64,000 nucleotides of DNA from Octopus sinensis (Eukaryota): contig NC_043001.1 of assembly GCF_006345805.1 (NCBI RefSeq), forward strand, positions 125,364,001 to 125,428,000, written 5' to 3'. Made by a program: the position numbers and the translations under genes. Positions 46,440-60,669 of the stretch are shown piece after piece; within the stretch, counting starts at the first letter, position 1, and every line of letters begins with the position of its first letter. The notes beneath the pieces are model-generated. The model worked only from the letters and a program-made list of their open reading frames with translations. It was not told the DNA's origin and made no database searches.

Positions 46440-48575
46440 AATTGACCACTGGCTCTTTTCTGGCCAGACTACCGATGGCAAGCGCCAACCTTTTCACTAA
46501 TACCTTGGCCAAAATCTTAAACTCTGTAGAATTATGGGCTGAAAATTCCCAAGCACGTCCCCATTGTCAGCATCCTTTCTCAGCAGTGTTACCACACCCT
46601 GGCTAACAGCACTAGGGATTCTCCCATTTAGCTGTTAGTTATTGTAGATGTCTTCCAAGAGGCTGCCAAACAAATCTGGCATGAATATATAGAATTCGTA
46701 GGGCAGACCATCCAAACTGGGTGATTTGTGACTTGTGCAATCGCTGATTGCCTCCCATATTTCAGTGGCCGTAATTGGCTTTTCGTAGAATCTCACATAA
46801 ATAACTGAGAGCCATATAGTCTATCCAGGTACAAAGTAAAGTCTGCTACCATTGTCAACCCATCATCCTCCCCAAACAGCCATGCAAAGTTCTGCTGGAA
46901 AGTCACACACATCTGCTCAGAACCGAGTAGCACATGTCCATCTTGATCCATCAAAGACTTGACTGTGGTTTTGTTTCCACGTCATGCCTCTACTATTTGG
47001 GCCCATTGGACAGCTTTAATTCCTTTGTGTTTTAGCTCATGGACCTTAGCTCTAACAACACACACTTCATGTTTCAACTCAAAGATATGATCTAATCTAT
47101 TTCTTTCTGTCGCTAAATACAGTCTGATAAATAGTCTTGATTTTTGAAGGTTCATAATTGGTTGTTTCTGTGTTTCTGTGATTTCATGCTGTTGATGATC
47201 ATGTTGCTGTTTTTGAAGTTGTTGTTGTTGTTTTTGTTGGCGTTGTTGAGAATTATGTTTCAGTTGTGGTTTCAGTATATCCTTTTGTTGAGTTCTTGGA
47301 ATAGAGCTACGTACTCTCCTTTTGCTTACCCACTTTTGTCACTGTGATCCATTGATCTTCAGTTCTTTTTCCATGTCATTGCAGTTGATGTTGATGTTCA
47401 GGAGGTGGAGCATTCAGGAGAAGCTTGCTTTTCTATGGCAACTGGGGTACACTCCTTCTTTGTCTTGGTTTGGGAGTGGGTGTGGTCGTGGGTATGGGTG
47501 TAGGTGTAGGAACCTTGAGCACTTGTTCATGATTTTGTGTTTGTGGTGTTTGTAGTGCTGGCAGCAGTGGGAGTTTAGTTTTTTTTTGTTTCAGAGCAGA
47601 AAGCCTTTAAGTGACTTACAGATCCCCATATGTGGCATCTGGACTTTCTGCCCTCCACTGATGCTGACAGGTGAGTACCATCTAGGAGATCATTAGATCA
47701 GGCAGCTGGTCAATATGGTCATCCTGCTATCATTGTAAGGTCAGTTCCATACCTATACCTGACCAGTTTTGCCTAGGTATTTTCTTGACCTCCAATATCA
47801 TCACTTCATCTTCTCCTAATCCTGCCAAGACAGCTGCCACTAACCAGGTGACGGGTATTTTGGGCGGCACATTCAACACCCTAATCTTGGCAAGACATTG
47901 GCTGCGGTGGTTGGGGATTAAGAAGTTGTCATTCCTCAAAATGGTTGTGGAATTACATCTCGCTCCTCCTCTTGCTGTCTCAAATCTCATCTCAATTGTT
48001 CCAAACTTCTTTCCTCGGGTGACGTGGGTCTTTTGATCCTACACACACCCAAGGCATTTTTGCATTTTGCTCTCAGGAGCATTTTCCACCCAGTGTGACT
48101 TAACAGCCATGCAGCAGTATGTGACTGTGCATCTTAAGATATTTTCTGTTACATCAGATGGAGGATTTAAAGAGATGCTTCTCCCGTTCCTTTTTACAAT
48201 TTTCCTGGCCATTTTTTGGATCATCTTCATCTACGCAGAAATCCTCCAAATTTCTCACTGCAATCGCAAAAGAAACCTACTTTACAGCGGAGGCCATTGT
48301 GGAGGTGGTGGAAATGATGATATTCACATTTCTAAATTTCACTTTGTTAGTATCGTTGTTGGTGTTGTTGTTGTTGTCACTGCTGCTGCTGTTACTGTTC
48401 TTCTTGTTGTTGTTGCCATCACCGAAAATTTCGACATTGCTTAGAGACAAAACAGTATTCACCTCAGTGACGTCATTAAGTTTAGGCCATTCTATATTTT
48501 TGTTCTCAGTTTTCTCTCACGAGGAACATGTTCCTTTGTCAAACATTATGATGGCTTCTTTATCAGCCATCTTTA
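46440..48575 (-). mobile_element. Degenerate Tx1/L1 LINE: ORF1 remnants plus N-terminal RT region (APE apparently deleted)
   Basis: MADKEAII..., KIRVLNVPPKIPVTWLVAAVL, knuckle-like HLKAFC, then KSPSLDGLPYEFY...GRIP...GVVTLLRKD...NFQPI...KILAKVLVKRLA. Confidence 0.7.
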
Positions 48576-48954
48576 ACTGAATAATGAAAACAGCAAAATA
48601 TTTTTTTTTCTGAAAGTTGTTAAGATTAAAAAAATATTGATATGTACCCCCTGCAAAACAGAGGTTGTTTCTACACAAAAATACTATCTGCGCAGTCTGG
48701 ACAATCTCAGAAATGCAATGGTAACAATAATATGAAAATATGGGACCTTAGAAGACCAAAAAGATTACAGAGCTTCAAATTTCCATGACTTACAGCTTGG
48801 CAGCCATAATAATAATAATAATAATAATAGTAATAGTAATGGCTTCAAATTTTGTCACAAGGGCAATAATTTTGGGAGAGAGGATGAGTCAATTACATCA
48901 ACCCCAGTGTTCAACTGGTACTTATTTTATCAACCCAATTTCATAATAATAATG

Positions 48955-49002
<48 letters not shown>

Positions 49003-49358
49003 TGGTGTTGATCCTGCCTATTTAATTCAAAATTCGCTTTGAGGGCTACCACTTCACTGATGTTGTAATCAACTAACTACCAAGCCTGTTATTCCACCAC
49101 CTACACCAAAGATATGATATAGAATGTGTAAGACAGAGAGATGGGAAGAAAAAAATTGCTCATTAGCAAACACTTCTGGACAGAAAGCTGACACATGTCT
49201 TTCAGCCTGCTAAAAGTAGCAGCCAAAATTGTCCCACTATAACCGTTATAAGTAATGGTTGTATTCTTTTCTACTCTAGGCACAAGGCCCGAAATTTTGG
49301 TGGAGGGGGCCAGTCGATTGCATCAACCCCAGTGCGCAACTGGTATTTAATTTATCAA

Positions 49359-49583
49359 AGGCGGCGAGCTGGCAGAATTGTCAGCACGCCGGGCGAAATG
49401 CTTAGCAGTATTTCGTCTGCCGCTATGTTCTGAGTTCAAATTCCGCCGAGGTCGACTTTGCCTTTCATCCTTTCGGGGTCGATAAATTAAGTACCAGTTA
49501 CGCACTGGGGTCGATATAATCAACTTAATCCATTTGTCTGTCCTCTCTGGGTTTAGCCCCTTGTGGGTAGTAATGAAATAGGT
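49359..49583 (+). mobile_element. Young SINE-A inserted into an older minus-strand SINE-A
   Basis: TSD GGTATTTAATTTATC on both sides. The host copy spans about 49275-49710. Confidence 0.8.
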
Positions 49584-49999
49584 ATTTAATTTATCGACCC
49601 TGAATGGATGAAAAGCAAAGTTGACCTTGGCGGAATTTGAACTCAGAGAATAAAGACAGACGAAATACTTTTGCCCGGTGTGCTAATGTTTCCGCCAGCT
49701 CGACACCATAAGTAATGGCTATATTGAACAATGTAACTATTGATATACAAACAACAGGGTTGTCATGACAGGAGTGCCTTTCATCATAGTTTTGTTTGAC
49801 TGATTGACAAAGGAATAAACAATAAGAACAAAGTTTCCTTTCAACCACTGAGGGAAAATCATTGCACATGTTGTCACACTGCTAGACAAAGCAAGTGAAT
49901 TTCTCACATATCATCACATTCAACGTCTGAAATTAATTAGGAAACGATTACTTACAAAATATAGTCCTATGTATATATATATATATATAAATGAATGTT

Positions 50000-50430
50000 T
50001 TTATATATAATGAACGTGAAATACAGGAAGGGACAAACACGGAACACAGACAAATCATTCGAAGCCTTCAATCTTCAGTCAGACACCGAATCATCATAGC
50101 AAATTTCGGCTGTTCAATTCTGATATTTGCTCCAACTCGGCCAGCCCCAAGAAAAAAACTAAGCTGTAAGCATTAGATTTCTTGGTAGAAGACAGGAATG
50201 TGAACGCACAAGACGGATGTAAATACAAGAGACGAAAACGAAATTGAAAACAGTAATGAATAAACAAAATATATATAACGGTGGTTGTCATATGACTTTA
50301 GACCAAATGAGACAAAACAACAACAACATAGCAGCTGGCGTAGAAATAATTACCGTTTCGGTAGCGGGGACACATGTTGGTCAAGATACGATGGCCAACA
50401 GAATGGTTAAGAATCAGCAGGTCGCAGGAG
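50000..50430 (-). mobile_element. CpG-retaining insert next to (TA)n with a decayed hammerhead-like motif
   Basis: Minus-strand CTGAAGA (50072-50078)...CGAAT. CpG-rich relative to the flanks. No second copy in the window. Confidence 0.35.
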
Positions 50431-50466
50431 AGAGAGAGAAAGAGATATATATATATATATACAAAT

Positions 50467-50497
<31 letters not shown>

Positions 50498-50673
50498 CAT
50501 ATATGCACGCAAACACGATAAGACACGCACATGCACACACTCACACACATACACACACACATAAGCATACACACAAATGTAGCATTCCCTGAAGGAGGAT
50601 GAAATGGTTATAAAATCTAAACCTTGACCTAAAGCCTCAGCCACTGGCTGTTTTGCTCTGCTTGAGAAGACAT

Positions 50674-50721
<48 letters not shown>

Positions 50722-51164
50722 GTTTAACATCCGTTTTCCGCGCTAGCACGGGTTGGACGGTTCGACTGGGGTCTGGGAAGCCAGGGCTGCACCAGGCTCC
50801 AGTCTGATCTGGCAGTGTTTCTTCAGCTGCATGCCCTTCCTAACGCCAACCACTCCGCGAGTGTAGTGGGTGCTTTTTACGTGCCACCTATGCTATTTAA
50901 AACCGTGTTTGTCTTTGCATACTGACATGTCACCTGTATCCTTCTTTATCTGAGTGAACCCAATCTTGCAGGCTTGGGGGTGCTGGTGCCATGTAAAAAG
51001 CACCCATGCCAGTGTTATGTAGAAGCACTCATGCCAGTTCTGTAGAAAAGGACCCAGTACTCTCTGTAAAGTGGTTAGTGCTAGGAAGGGCATCCAGCCA
51101 TAGAAGCCATGCCAAAACTGACATGGTACCTGGGCGGCTCCTCAGCATGGAAAATGGACTTTAA

Positions 51165-51212
<48 letters not shown>

Positions 51213-51233
51213 TATATATACACTCATACACAC

Positions 51234-51277
<44 letters not shown>

Positions 51278-51682
51278 GGCGGCAAGCTGGCAGAAGTGTT
51301 ACCATGGTGGGCAGAATGCTTAGCAGTATTTTGTCTATCTTTTCGTTCTGAGTTCAAATTCCACGGTCGTCGACTTTGCCTTTCATACTTTCAGAGTCGA
51401 TAAGTTAAGTATCAGTTGCGTACTAGGGTCAATCTAATCGACTGGCCCCCTTCCCAAAAATTTCAGGTCTTGAGTAGACAAGAATATATATATATTCGAT
51501 GGGTGAATGAATTATCCTATGTTTACCGTTAACATCGAAAATTCAATGAACTGTTACCAGGGTAGCAAATTCACGTCAGAAACTCGGTTGAAGCGACCTA
51601 TCCATGCTGTCTTCGAAACATATGTCGAAAGTAAAGGAATTTTATTAACATCTTCGTTCAACTCCATTCATTTATTTATTTA

Positions 51683-51735
<53 letters not shown>

Positions 51736-54380
51736 GTATGTATGTTTTTTAAACATTTAGTTTTCCTTGCTTGCATAGGACAAATAAGGCTCTATGAGGC
51801 AGATTTTCTATATGTTGGATGCCTTTCTTGTTACTGACTTTCACCTGTTATCGAGCATGTGCACACACACACACACACACACACATACACACACATACAC
51901 ACACATGCACACACATGCACGCACACATGCGCATGAACAATAGACTTCTTTCAATTTCTCTATCTACCAAATTCACTCACAACACTTTGGTTCAACCAAG
52001 AAGATTTGCCCAAAGTGCCATAGAGACAAATGCTCTGAGAATATTGTCGCTGCTTGAATATAAATATATATATATAAATTCATTATATTTAAGGCTTCAT
52101 GCAATCAAACTTTTGTTTGACAGTACTCCTCTTTGGGAAATAGATAGCACACTCTTTCAATTCTAAAGATTGCCACCAGCATAGTCAAGCACTCAGTAAA
52201 CCTATTCTTTTCCCTGGGCATAGAAGAAGCTAATGTATCTTCTCTCCATACTAACAATCTCAACAATAAAACTGGTTAATAAACTCTCTGGTTGTGGTAT
52301 GGATTTAATGAAGCATGCTGATGCATATGATATTGTTTTCGTATATCTTTTGTTGTTTTTTTCTCCCTTTAGCACCTATCACATACCATAGATTAATTGA
52401 AACTGCTTAAAGTAGGCCATGCTATTAATTTCATTATTTTCAGTAAGCCTGTTTGTTACCTTGGTGTATAATATTGGATTTTCAGCAGTCAATGAATCTG
52501 ATAATTAATTAATCTAAGATTATTTCATAGTAATTGCTATTTCAACAGAACATTGCCATATCTACTATTATAAATCTTTCAGTTTTCCATATTCATATAA
52601 CGTAATAAGCCATTTTGTTGCTTGAGTGGTGAGCAAAGAGTTTTACATGCACAACTATTAGCACATAGTGTAGATGTCCAAAAACAGCTCCTTTGCCATT
52701 GTTACTTTCACTCCTCAAGGTTCTGAGTTCAAATCCCATGATAGTGTTGATGGTGGTGGTGGTGGTGGTGATGATGATGACGATGACAGTGATCATGTTG
52801 ATAATGATGAGGTTGGTGTGACGATGGTTGTAGTGATAGTGGTGGTAATAATATCAATGATGATGACAACAACAACGGTAGTGGTGGTGTTGATGGTAAT
52901 GGTTCTTTAGACTTAATCCCTTGCTTTTTTTAATACCACTACCAGGTCATTGAGTGCTTTTAGTGAAGTTCAGCTATGGCAAGCATTTGGACCAGATTTT
53001 CAGTCTAGGAATTTCTTTTCCCTTCTTGCCAGTCTACAAAAAAGAAGGCCCTTAAAAAGGATTTTAGGTGTTGCATTTCTTTCTCTTACTGGGCCATAAA
53101 AAAAATACAGTCGCTTTAATCGATACCAGTACTTACCAGGTTCTTTTATTTCATAAACCCCAGAACAATGAAAGACAGTTATCCTCAGTAGGCATTTGAA
53201 CTCAAAATCTAAAGCGACACAACTAAATACCATAAAGCAGTTTGTTTGATACTCTCATAGTTCTATCACACTACAACCCATGTGATGATGATGATGATGA
53301 CGACGATGACGACGATTGTTTCTAGCATATGCACAAGGTCTCTGGGATGCTGAAAACAGAAACAATGTCTGTGTCCTGAGGGTTTTCAAAAGTTTTTTTA
53401 AATGCAAACAAAAGCCCCAGGACTTACAAACATACATAATAAATAGAAAATAATACCACTAGCCACTAGGCACCACACATATTTCATAGAACACTTTTAA
53501 TTCAATAAGCCATTTCAAACCATTGCATATACTGAAGGCACAATGAACTGTACGTTCAAAGTAGAGTAGTGAAAGTGCTTAATAATAATAACAATCCATT
53601 TTACTATAGTGTAGCATGCATTTGTGCAGTATTATAAGATTTTAAGACAATTTAAGCCCCCAAAATCAATATGCCTATTATACATGGTTACATATTATAC
53701 ATTGGTGCAGGTGTGGCTGTAAGAAGTTTACTTCTAAATCACATGGTCTGGGTTCGGTCCCCTGGTGTGACACCTTGGGCAAGTATCTTCTACTATAGAC
53801 TATGGTTGGCCAAAGCCTTGTGAGTGGATTTGGTAGATGGAAACTGAAAGAAAAGTTTCACATATATGTGTGTGCATGTGTGTGTGTGTGTGCATGTGTG
53901 CATGTGTCTGTGTTTGTCTTTCTATCTGTTCCCCCCACCACTTGACAACTGGTGTTGGTGTGTTTACATCCTCCATAGCTTAGCAGTTCAGCAAAACAGA
54001 CCAATACAATAAATGCCAGCCTTAAAAAAAAATACAAGTATTGGGGTCAGTTTGTTTGACTAAAATTCTTCAAGGTAGTGCCCCAGCATGACCACAGTTT
54101 GATGACTGAAACAAGAAAAATGATTTCAAATTTTGGCACATGACTGGCAATTTTAGGGGAATGAGGTAAATCAATTACATCGACCCCAGTGTTTAACTGA
54201 TTCTTATTTCATCTACCCCGAAAGGATGACAGAAAAAGTTGACCCCAGTAGCATTTGAACTTAAAACGCGAAGCTGGAAGAAATGCTGCTAAGCATTTTT
54301 CCAACGTGGTAACAATTCTACCAGCCGACCACCTTACGAAAACAAGTCAAATATAAAAGATAAAAGCTAGCAGTGTAATA

Positions 54381-54790
54381 GGCGCAGGAGTGGCTGTGTG
54401 GTAAGTAGCTTGCTAACCAACCACATGGTTCCGGTTTCAGTCCCACTGCGTGGCATCTTGGGCAAGTGTCTTCTGCTATAGCCCCAGGTCGACCAATGCC
54501 TTGTGAGTGGATTTGGTAGATGGAAACTGAAAGAAGCCTGTCGTATATATGTATATATATATATGTATGTGTGTGTTTGTGTGTCTGTGTTTGTCCCGCT
54601 AGCATTGCTTGACAACCGATGGTGGTGTGTTTACGTCCCGTCACTTAGCAGTTCGGCAAAAGAGACCAATGGAATAAGTACTGGGCTTACAAAGAATAAG
54701 TCCCGGGGTCAATTTGCTCGACTAAAGGCGGTGCTCCAGCATGGCCGCAGTCAAATGACTGAAACAAGTAAAAGAGTAAAGAGTAAAGAG
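54381..54790 (+). mobile_element. SINE family B, full copy
   Basis: GGCGCAGGAGTGGCTGTGTGG head through the (GAGTAAAA)n tail. An older copy lies at about 53705-54120. Confidence 0.88.
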
Positions 54791-55172
54791 ATACATGGTT
54801 TCATATCATGTATGATTGTATATTACACAGATCACTGTATAATGCAGGGACAGCATTTTATCTATCTTGAGCCAGACTTCTCAATCATTTTTTACCTATG
54901 GCTTCCTTTGATTACTTTTTTTATCCTGTTGGATCTCCATAGTCATTTGATGTTTAAAAACTAATTTTGTAGACCCTTCTTTCAAAATTTCTATTTTGTT
55001 TTTCACACATTAGCTTGTGAAGGTTGAATTATGTAAAACGTTTGGGAAAGAAACCTAGCTGTTTCTTGCAATAAATCATCTAAGGTAAAATTTCTTTCAA
55101 TTGACCCTTGATGAACTCTTGTGGATTCCTAATTTGCTATTTTACTTGTGTGGACTTCCTAAAGCTTTGCAT

Positions 55173-55534
55173 CAGGAGTTCTCAACCATTTTTTTTTTTT
55201 TTAACTATGGACCCATTTCATTACTACTTTTCTCTGGTGGAACCCCACAGCTATTCAATGTTTAAAACTAGTTTTATAGAAACTTCTTTCAAAATTCCTG
55301 TTTTTTTTTTTTTTTTTACATATTAACTTTTGTAGATTCAATTATATGAGATGTTAGAGAAAGAAACCAAGCTGTCCCTCGTAATACATACCAATACATA
55401 CTTCTAAAGCAAAATCTTTTCATGGGCCCTTAAAATACTATTGTGGATCCCCAATTTACTATTTTGGTGTGTGGATCCCCCAAAATCTTATGTGGACCCT
55501 CAGGGGCCACATAGACCCCAATTGGGAACCACTA
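55173..55534. mobile_element. hAT-type MITE (relative of 14426-14999)
   Basis: CAGGAGTTCTCAACC ... TTGGGAACCACTA, with internal GGACCC repeats. Confidence 0.55.
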
Positions 55535-56493
55535 ATCAAGAGGGATAAATGGTTAAGTCAAGTCCAAGAGGTTTTTAATTCAGAATGTAAAAGGAGGAAG
55601 TTAACTAAATAATACAAGACATTTTAACCTGGCTCTTAATTTTGTTTGTACTTCAGTCTATCCACCCACTGGGAATAAATACCAGATCTTCTCGAAATGT
55701 TATTATCTTCCATACTCTGTAAGTGGGAGTTTAGGAATTTAGTGAAAGGATTTACTTCATGCCAATTTACCTTTGTAAAGTAAACCAAAAGCAATAAATT
55801 TCATGAAACCCTTGAGGTTTTAAGGACATTTACAATTTACTGTGACTCAAAACAAATTTATTAATTTTTATTTAATTTTAATTTCGTTTTTTTTTTTACA
55901 TCTGTATTGCAGAAAACAATCCTCTTCCACCGTTGGCACAAACCATGCTATAAATAAAATCATCTCTACAAACATTGCATTACATTCAATTTACCTGGAA
56001 GCACTATATTTTCACAATTTTCTTTTTCTTTCCTCTAAATAGCAACAAACTGAAATAGACTACCCACACACAACAATTTTTTCTTCCTCTTCATACTGGC
56101 AGAAGGCTGGATTGAGTCTGTTCCACTGTCTTTAAAAGCCTTAACAGCCAGATTTCTTCATTTTCCAATATGTAACAAAATAATAGCACATTATTCCATC
56201 CTTCTAACAATCTGCCAGTTTGTCATCCTTTTCAGCCCACTCATCCAATTTCATTTAGCTCAAGGGTAGAGAAATGTGTCAGAGTTAAAAAGAAAAAAGA
56301 AAAATAATAATAAAATGAATACATAAATGGCATTTCAAATTACTGAGCTAAGACTGCAACATAATTTCAATTCCTGGTTGAAGCTACTGCACTTTCCTCA
56401 TTAAAGACCTAATTAATATCCATAGGAAGGATATGAACATGCAATGATATCACTTCCTCTCTTCTAAATGTCTGAGATAAAAGACACACACAT

Positions 56494-56546
<53 letters not shown>

Positions 56547-58014
56547 ACATGCACGCACACATGCTGTATGTGTGTGTGTGTGTGTGTGTGCATGTCTTTG
56601 TTTATGCATGTGTATTTAGGTACATTTACCATTAAGATGCATTGCTTTTTTTTCTGTTTTTAAGCCTGCATTCCAGTCAATATCAACAATCATCAGTCGT
56701 TAACCAAACACAGAAACATTAGTACATTCACAATCACATAAAATCACAGAAATAATAAGGATCAAGTCAGCAAGGGAAACTTTATATAGCCCCCTCAGTT
56801 TGCTAGAAATAGCAGCCAAATTTCCATTATACAGTATATCTAACACTACATTCATTCCAATGTATTCTTCCTTTAAATATATATATATATATATTATAAA
56901 ATGAGATAGGGGTTGTGAGTGTAACCCACTATGGGATTCATTTATAACCGCATATTACCTTAATACATCTGGCTAATATGAGCATAATGAGTTACTCTTA
57001 TCTACAGGCTGAAACAGCTGTAAGATCCATTTTATATTTATATGTATTGTTCTTATGGTATTATCTTACTCATTGATGTGTACTGTTTTATTCTGTATTA
57101 TTCTGTTTGATCTGGATGTTCCTAAATAATTAGTTAATAAATTATATGAATTGGTACTATCTTGTAGTTGATGATTGATAGAAATCTATTCCTCCATTTT
57201 CTTATTTTGTATATATATATTATATATATATATAGTTGGGTGTGGTTTGATGGACACCCAGCTGCTATTTTTAATAGGTAGCTCAATCAAGTGTGTAGAG
57301 GCTGCTTTGATTACTCGTAATGAACTACTCTTCATTCAGACTAGTTTAAGGTAGCGAGCTGGCAGAGTCATTAGCACACCAAACACAAATGCTTAGCAAC
57401 ATTTTGCCTGTCTTCATGTTCTGAGTTCAAATTCTGCCAAGGTTGACTTTACTTTTCATTCTTAAGAGGTTGATAAAATAAGTACTAGTTGAGCACTGGG
57501 GTTGATGTAATCAACTTACACAGTGCCTCGAAATTACTGGCCTTGTGCCAAAATTTGAAACTAATATATTCAGAATGTTTTACTCACTGACTCATCAACT
57601 CTCTTTAACTTACTCTCTAACTCATCCACCTTTCTTTTCCAACTAGGTTATCCGTGTATCTACTCTGCAGCAAGACATCTATTCCTGTCCCTTTATATCT
57701 TTTATCTCTCTTCAACTTGCACAAAGCTACCACCATTCAATACCACCTTCCACTCCCAGTTGAGGGGTTTTTTGTCTTGCAGGTTACTTGATGACATTGC
57801 TGGTGCCGGTACCATGTTAAAAGCACTGGTGCTGGTGCCACGTAGAAAGCCCCCAATACACTCTATAAAGTGACTGGCATTAGAGAAGGCATCCAGCTGT
57901 AGAAACCATGCCAAAACAGCCAATGGAGCCTGCTGAGGCTCCCAGCCCTACTAGCTCCTGTTGAACCATCCAACCCATGCCAGCATGGAAAATGGACTTG
58001 AAATAATGTTGACG

Positions 58015-58244
58015 GCGGCGAGCTGGCAGAAACGTTAGCACGCCGGGCGAAATGCTTTGTGGTATTTCGTCTGCCGCTACGTTCTGAGTTCAAATTCCGC
58101 CGAGGTCGACTTTGCCTTTCATCCTTTCAGGGTCGATTAAATAAGTACCAGTTACGCACTGGGGTCGATATAATTGACTTAATCCGTTGGTCTGTCCTTG
58201 TTTGTCCTCTCTGTGTTTAGCCCCTTGTGGGTAGTAAAGAAATA
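58015..58244 (+). mobile_element. Young SINE-A monomer with 15-bp TSD
   Basis: TSD GAAATAATGTTGACG on both sides. Defines the monomer 3' end as AAAGAAATA. Confidence 0.88.
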
Positions 58245-58819
58245 GAAATAATGTTGACGATGATATATCGTCATCGTCATTATCATCAACTTCATCGTCG
58301 TCGTCATTTTAAGGGCCCACTTTTCCATACTTGTACAAGTCTGACCAAGTTTATTGCGACAGATTTTCTACAGCCATATGCCTTTCATGTCACCAACCGT
58401 CCCCTGTTTCCAAGCAAGGTAATATTTCCCCATGGCCAGACATATTTTCAGAGAATATTGGAAATGAATGCCATTTCTTACCTGACCGTGACAATCATTT
58501 ACAACCATCATGTGATGTCAAGACAAGGAGACACAAACATGTTCACTCACACAAACACATGTACATACATATATATATACTGTGTTCTCAATAAGTGAAT
58601 TTGTCACAGTTAATAAGATTGCAAAGAGACTAAGAAATGAAAACGTTAACACTTGTTAAGACTAATTTTAACCTTTCCAAATGTAATTTGCTTACTAACA
58701 CCTACAGCCAGAAACCAATCAAAACATTGATTGATTGAACATTATGATGAGAACCTGATGGTTCCTTCCTTCCTTCTTTTTTCAATTATGTATTCAATTT
58801 CATGCAATTGAAAGATTAT

Positions 58820-59850
58820 TGCTGTTCTGCTATGTTCTGAGACCAAATTCTGCTGAAGTCAACTTCAGTAGAATTTGTCCTTTTAGGGTCAGTAAAATAA
58901 GTACCAGCCATGTACTGAGGTTCATATGACTGATTTACCCCATCCTCTAAAACTGCTGGCCTTCTGCCAAAATTTGAAATCATCATTATTGTTGTTGTTG
59001 TTGTCACCATCACTGTCGCTGCCATCACTGTCAAAGCAGGAAGCTGGAAGAAGCATTTGCACATCAGACACAAAATACTTAGCAACATTTCTTCCATCTC
59101 TTTATGCTCTGGGTTTGAATTCTGATAAGGTCAGCTTTACCTTCGATACTTTCAGGGCTGATAAAATAAAGTACCAGTAAAGGACTCCTCCTCCTTAAAT
59201 TATTGGCTTAATGCCAAAACATGAAACAATTATCATTATTGTTGTTGTTCTTGTTGTTATTAAGGCAGTGAGCTGGCAGAATTGTTAGAGTGCCAGAAAA
59301 ATGCTCTTTACATTCTAAGTTCAAATCCCACTGAGGTCAACTTCGCTTTTCATCCTTTTGGGGTTCATAAAATAAAGTTCCAGTTAATTGCTTGGATTAA
59401 GGGTATCAGCTAACCCCATCACCTCTAATTTCTGGCCTTGAGCTGCCAGAATCATTAGCATACTGGCCAAAATGCTTAGCAGCATTTTAATGGTTTCTAC
59501 ATTCTGAGTTCAAATTCTGCCAAGAACAACTTTACCTCTTGTCCTTTCAGAGTCAATAAAATAAGTACCAGCTGAGCACTAGGGTCGATGTAATCAACTT
59601 GCCCCATCCCCTGAAATTGCTGGCCTTGTGCCAAAGGCGGTGAGCTGGCAGAATCATTAGGACACTGGGCAAAATGCTTAGCGGCATTTCATCCATCCTT
59701 ACATTCTGAGTTCAAATTCCACTGAGGTTAACTTTGCCTTTCATCCTTTCAGGGTCAACAAATTAAACACCAGTCAAGTATTGGGGTCGATGCAATCAAT
59801 TGCCCCTGCCTCACAAAAATTCAGGCCTTGTGCCTATAGCACAAGGGATT
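58820..59850 (+). mobile_element. Chain of old, CpG-decayed SINE-A copies
   Basis: Repeated GAGCTGGCAGAAT heads and B-boxes at about 58840, 59110, 59320, 59505 and 59710. Confidence 0.65.
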
Positions 59851-60615
59851 ATTATTATTATGTGAGAGAGCAGCGCATGCCATCAAACTGACACTGGGGT
59901 ACAAATATACAAAGTACAATATACCCATCATGACTACCCGTCTGATAAGGGTACACTAGGCACATGCATCACAACCATGTGTGTGCAACATGGAGATCTC
60001 ATGTCAAGATAAACAGCAGTGGGGCTCAGTTAGAATTTTCTTCAGGTTGAGTAGACCATCCTGCTCAAAAGGTCCCTGAATAAGTTTTGCTTAAGGACGA
60101 TGAACAAAACAACCATGTTTCCAGAGGTGAATTATTCAAATACCAAAGAATTCCTCTCAGTACATGGCTATGATGCTCCCCCACTACTTCTGCTCATGAT
60201 CAGAGATGCACATATTGTCAGCCACTAAGGGACATTCTCAACTGGTTACGGTCAAGCAACTGACAAGCAAATCTGTGTTATTGAGCAGAATATTTGCTGT
60301 AGCCCATCTTTTATACCAAGACAAAACAATGTACATGATAACACTTCCAATCATTTAAGATCAAAAGCCATGAGAGCTTATTATTATTATTATTATTGTT
60401 ATTGTTGTTATTATTATTATTATTTTTTTTTCTTCTTCTTTCAAATTTGCTTCCATTTCTTGCCGAATGTCTTCCCGACTCCTAGGGCAAAGAAACTCAT
60501 AGTATACATTGGTAGGCCATTAAACTAAACTCAATAGTTCGTTCATTTTTTTTTTTTTTAAAGTTAAATTAAAATACATGGGTAGTAGTTTATTATTATT
60601 ATTATTATTATTATG

Positions 60616-60669
<54 letters not shown>

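Noticed and set aside
55895-55945. Minus-strand micro-exon reading HGLCQRWKRIV (F-box-like)
   Set aside because: 16 codons, weak donor and no supporting neighbouring exons; likely chance.
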